From Marsupella aquatica (Eukaryota > Plantae > Marchantiophyta), in contig OZ316894.1 in NCBI GenBank assembly GCA_973895155.1, positions 23,744,709 through 23,808,708 on the forward strand: 64,000 nt of DNA. The letters are read 5' to 3'. The notes under the pieces were generated by a model that saw nothing but the letters and a program-made list of their open reading frames with translations, was not told where the DNA came from and searched no databases. The translations under genes were made by a program, and so were the position numbers. Below, in pieces: positions 61,140-64,000 of this stretch (its first letter is position 1; each line of letters opens with the position of its first letter).

Positions 61140-64000
61140 AGTTAATCACGACGGAGATGGTTTCAGTGACACAAGCTTCAGTGGCCATAGGCTTTCCATT
61201 TAAGCTAGCGCCAAGCGCTGCTTTTGTTTGTCTTGGACCGTGGGATTTCTTCTATGGGTGATTCTAAGTTCATGTATTTCCGGCTCCATCTTTGGCCCAT
61301 TTTGGATCAGCGGCCCTGTTATGTGCGGCTCAGGTCGAGATAAAGCACATACGGGCCAGGGCGGGCTACATTTAAGATAGCTAGATTTTAGCTAGCGCCG
61401 AGCGCTGCTTATGTTCATGTTATGCCGTGGGTTGATTTGAAGATGATCTGCGGATGGTGTAATACCGGTTATATGTTTTGACCAATTTTGGAATTAAGGA
61501 ATGCACTTTTGGATCGGCTCTCTTGTTCTTTCATGGTCATTCATTGATTCCTAGATTTGAGCTAGCGCCGAGCGCTGCCTATGGTCATTGTGTTCCGTGT
61601 TTAGACGTTGATTTCTTGAGGTCCGACATTTAATGTAGCGCCCATCGCTGAAAATATTCAACGTCTGCCATTGCCTCTCTTTGTTGGAAATGCTTCAAAT
61701 TGAGTTTCCTGTGTTCACTTCTCGATTGATGTGACGGACAATCTCTTCCAGCATACTAGTGCTGGGCGCTGCTAATATCCGCATGTTTTGGCAACGCCTT
61801 TTTCTAATGGTCGTTAAGTTTACTGTTCTCTTCTCGATTGACGTTACGTAGAATCTCCATCTTAGTCGTTATTTTATGAATACCTAAATTTTTGCCCTTC
61901 CCTGCCGGCATGCTATCGTTGTGCGATGGCCATCACCGGTTTTTGGCAACACCTTTATTCTAATGGCCCCTACTTTCCTTGACAATTGGATGGTGGTATT
62001 GAAAACGACTGAAAATGGGGTTTATTGATGGTGTTTTTTTAACTTCTTGACCAAATAATGGAGCTCAATCCCATGTTCTTTTTTCCATTTCTCCTGGTAA
62101 CAGTAACTGTTTGCTGTTACTGTTTCCTGGTTCCCGTCGTTTGTAAATACCCCAACCTTTCCCCCTAACTTGCCAAAATCTCTAAGGTGTCCCCCAAAAG
62201 AATGTACTTGCTTCCTTGCCCCCATACCCTATCGTTGGGTCCCCACTGCCAGATGTCAATCTTGACGTGATTGGCCCAGACTAACCCGCCCCGAGTTAAT
62301 TAAGCTCCCCCCTCCCTATGGCAGCCTGTTTTGGAATTGCGACATTTTTTCTTTGTAAAAAACAGCGCAAGAAAATGCAGGGAAAATGATGTGCAGAGTG
62401 ACAACTTTGTTGTGTCTCTGTGTGTAAACCCTAGGGGCGAAGGTTACAGCTGCTCAAAGGTTGAGAGTGAAGGTATGACACTACTGCAAGTGGGGAGGCA
62501 AATGTGTAAACATTTGCGACAATGTTTCCTTTGTAAAAACAGGGCTAGGAAGTCGATGCTGCATACTCTGGCTGGGCTTCCTCCCGGGTCTGAAGCAAAG
62601 TGAAGCCCACTTTCAAAACTGGCTGCCACAGGGAGCGGGAAGCTGAACTCAGGTGGGGTAGTCCAGGCCATCACTCCTTGACACCTGGCATCAAGAACCC
62701 AAAGTTGGGTTAGTACTAACCCACATATGGTATGGAGGGCAGGGAAGCAAATAAATTTGTTTGGGGGACAGGTTGATAAAAAGCTGTTAGGGAGAATTCA
62801 CAAGAACTGTGATTGGCTGTTGGCCCTATCTCGATGAGACTGGGTAAGTTGAATCAAAGTACTTACCAGCAGCATAGCAATAGAACTAGACAGGGCATGG
62901 ATGAGTCCAAATACTTTGAGAAATCCAGTGAGTGGAGAAGACTATGTGTTGATAGGAAGCAGGACAGTCAGTACAGACCAACCCTCTCAAGGGACAGTGA
63001 GGGTGTAGGGCGCGGGCTCTCAAGGGCCTTGGCCTGATTTGTGTGCTATTTTTTTTAGGTCTCTTGACCATGGTCATTGGTCTCATCGGTTTCTATCTGG
63101 TGTGGCTTTTGTCCCCTTGCGTGTTTTTGACGGCTTTGTGCCCTTTAAAATAAATAAATAACGATATCTACTACTTACCAATATGTTAAGATAGGGATAT
63201 CTTAGATTGTCAACACATTAAGCCCACATGGTCATGACACTTGAAAAGAATGACACTTTTTTTGCATTGTCCAAAGACTTGAACAATGTGTAATATCACA
63301 ATGAAAAACATGTTTTCCCTAGAAGTTAATTCCATGAGAAGGGGTTGTGGTGACCCCCCAATTTTGTGGCTGGGCGGTAGGTCAGTCGGTCAGTCGGTTG
63401 TGAGGGCCTCATGGGCCAGCTTTGACACCCTCTAATAGTACAAAAAAACACTTGACCACCAACCATGATTCATAGGCTATGGTAGGCATCCCACCACAGA
63501 CAAAATAACAACCCCCTCGATAGGGCTCTCAAACCTCATAGTCCACAAAAAGTCCCAAACAGATGCTTGTGGCATTTTCAGATAAATTTTGCTCTCAAAC
63601 CTCATTACTCACAAAAAGTCCCAAGCAGATGCCCATGGAATTTCAGATGGAACTCTGACATGGGTCACACTTTCCCACACGGGCTGCCCGATAGGTTTGT
63701 TGTTTGAATGGGATCATGGGATCCCCTTTTGCCATAATAGCCCATGCCAGCAAGTTCAATTAGGTTCCCAGAGAAAAAGAATGGCCCTTGTTAGAGGTGG
63801 CCGACCATTTTGGGGCTGGGGTCCGGCCCGCGTCCTTTAGTAGGGGGTCTCAGCTATGATCCGCGAGCACTCTCATGGTAATCCGGGTTGAGGTTTGGAT
63901 GGACATGGCTGAACAATGTGCGGGGCTCCCAGAGCCTAGCTCGCACACTTTTGTTGTGGGATTTGTTTGGTTCCCATTGATCACTTCTGGTTGTTACAAA

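Larger units (their letters stand above)
51038..61771. repeat. Dispersed 15-bp palindrome TAGCGCCNGGCGCTA, about 20 copies in non-coding parts of the MULE
   Basis: Copies start at about 51038, 51158, 52845, 52949, 52995, 55305, 55369, 55430, 55577, 55639, 56793, 58196, 58239, 58282, 58325, 58427, 60279, 60382, 61206, 61393, 61563, 61636 and 61757 (some degenerate). Confidence 0.93.
50553..62152. mobile_element. Mutator-like (MULE) DNA transposon, 11.6 kb, short imperfect TIRs, carrying cargo genes
   Basis: 10-bp direct repeat CAACCTTTCC at 50543-50552 and 62153-62162; ends GGGTAT...ATACCC; shared subterminal CAGGAAACA and CTGTTACCAGG blocks in inverted orientation; internal DDE/SWIM transposase. 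Confidence 0.88.

Noticed and set aside
50553-62152. Bacterial or phage contamination as the source of the ParB/MTase gene
   Set aside because: The gene has GT-AG introns and lies in a TSD-bounded MULE contiguous with plant retroelements.

Overview
Eukaryotic land-plant nuclear DNA, probably a bryophyte such as a liverwort (inferred from gene style; not provable here). It holds two intact host genes: a multi-exon BRCT-repeat MEI1/TOPBP1 homolog (+, 12761-22215) with two apparent minor-spliceosome (U12) introns, and a convergent DUF593 myosin-binding (MyoB-type) gene (-, 25237-30530). Transposon content includes a full-length but decayed Ty1/copia element (4537-10731), a related solo LTR nested in an L1 remnant, an RLE-type retrotransposon remnant and a tRNA-derived SINE. 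The highlight is an 11.6-kb Mutator-like DNA transposon (50553-62152) with short imperfect TIRs and a 10-bp TSD (CAACCTTTCC). Besides its DDE/SWIM transposase it carries a divergently transcribed, spliced gene that appears to fuse a ParB/Srx-like N-terminal domain to a bacterial-type beta-class N4C/N6A DNA methyltransferase-like domain. Its non-coding DNA holds about 20 copies of a 15-bp palindrome, TAGCGCCNGGCGCTA. This looks like a transposon-borne protein/cis-site module (parS-like, or analogous to VANDAL/VANC anti-silencing). The copy here is pseudogenised. All domain calls were made by eye from motifs, not from database searches.
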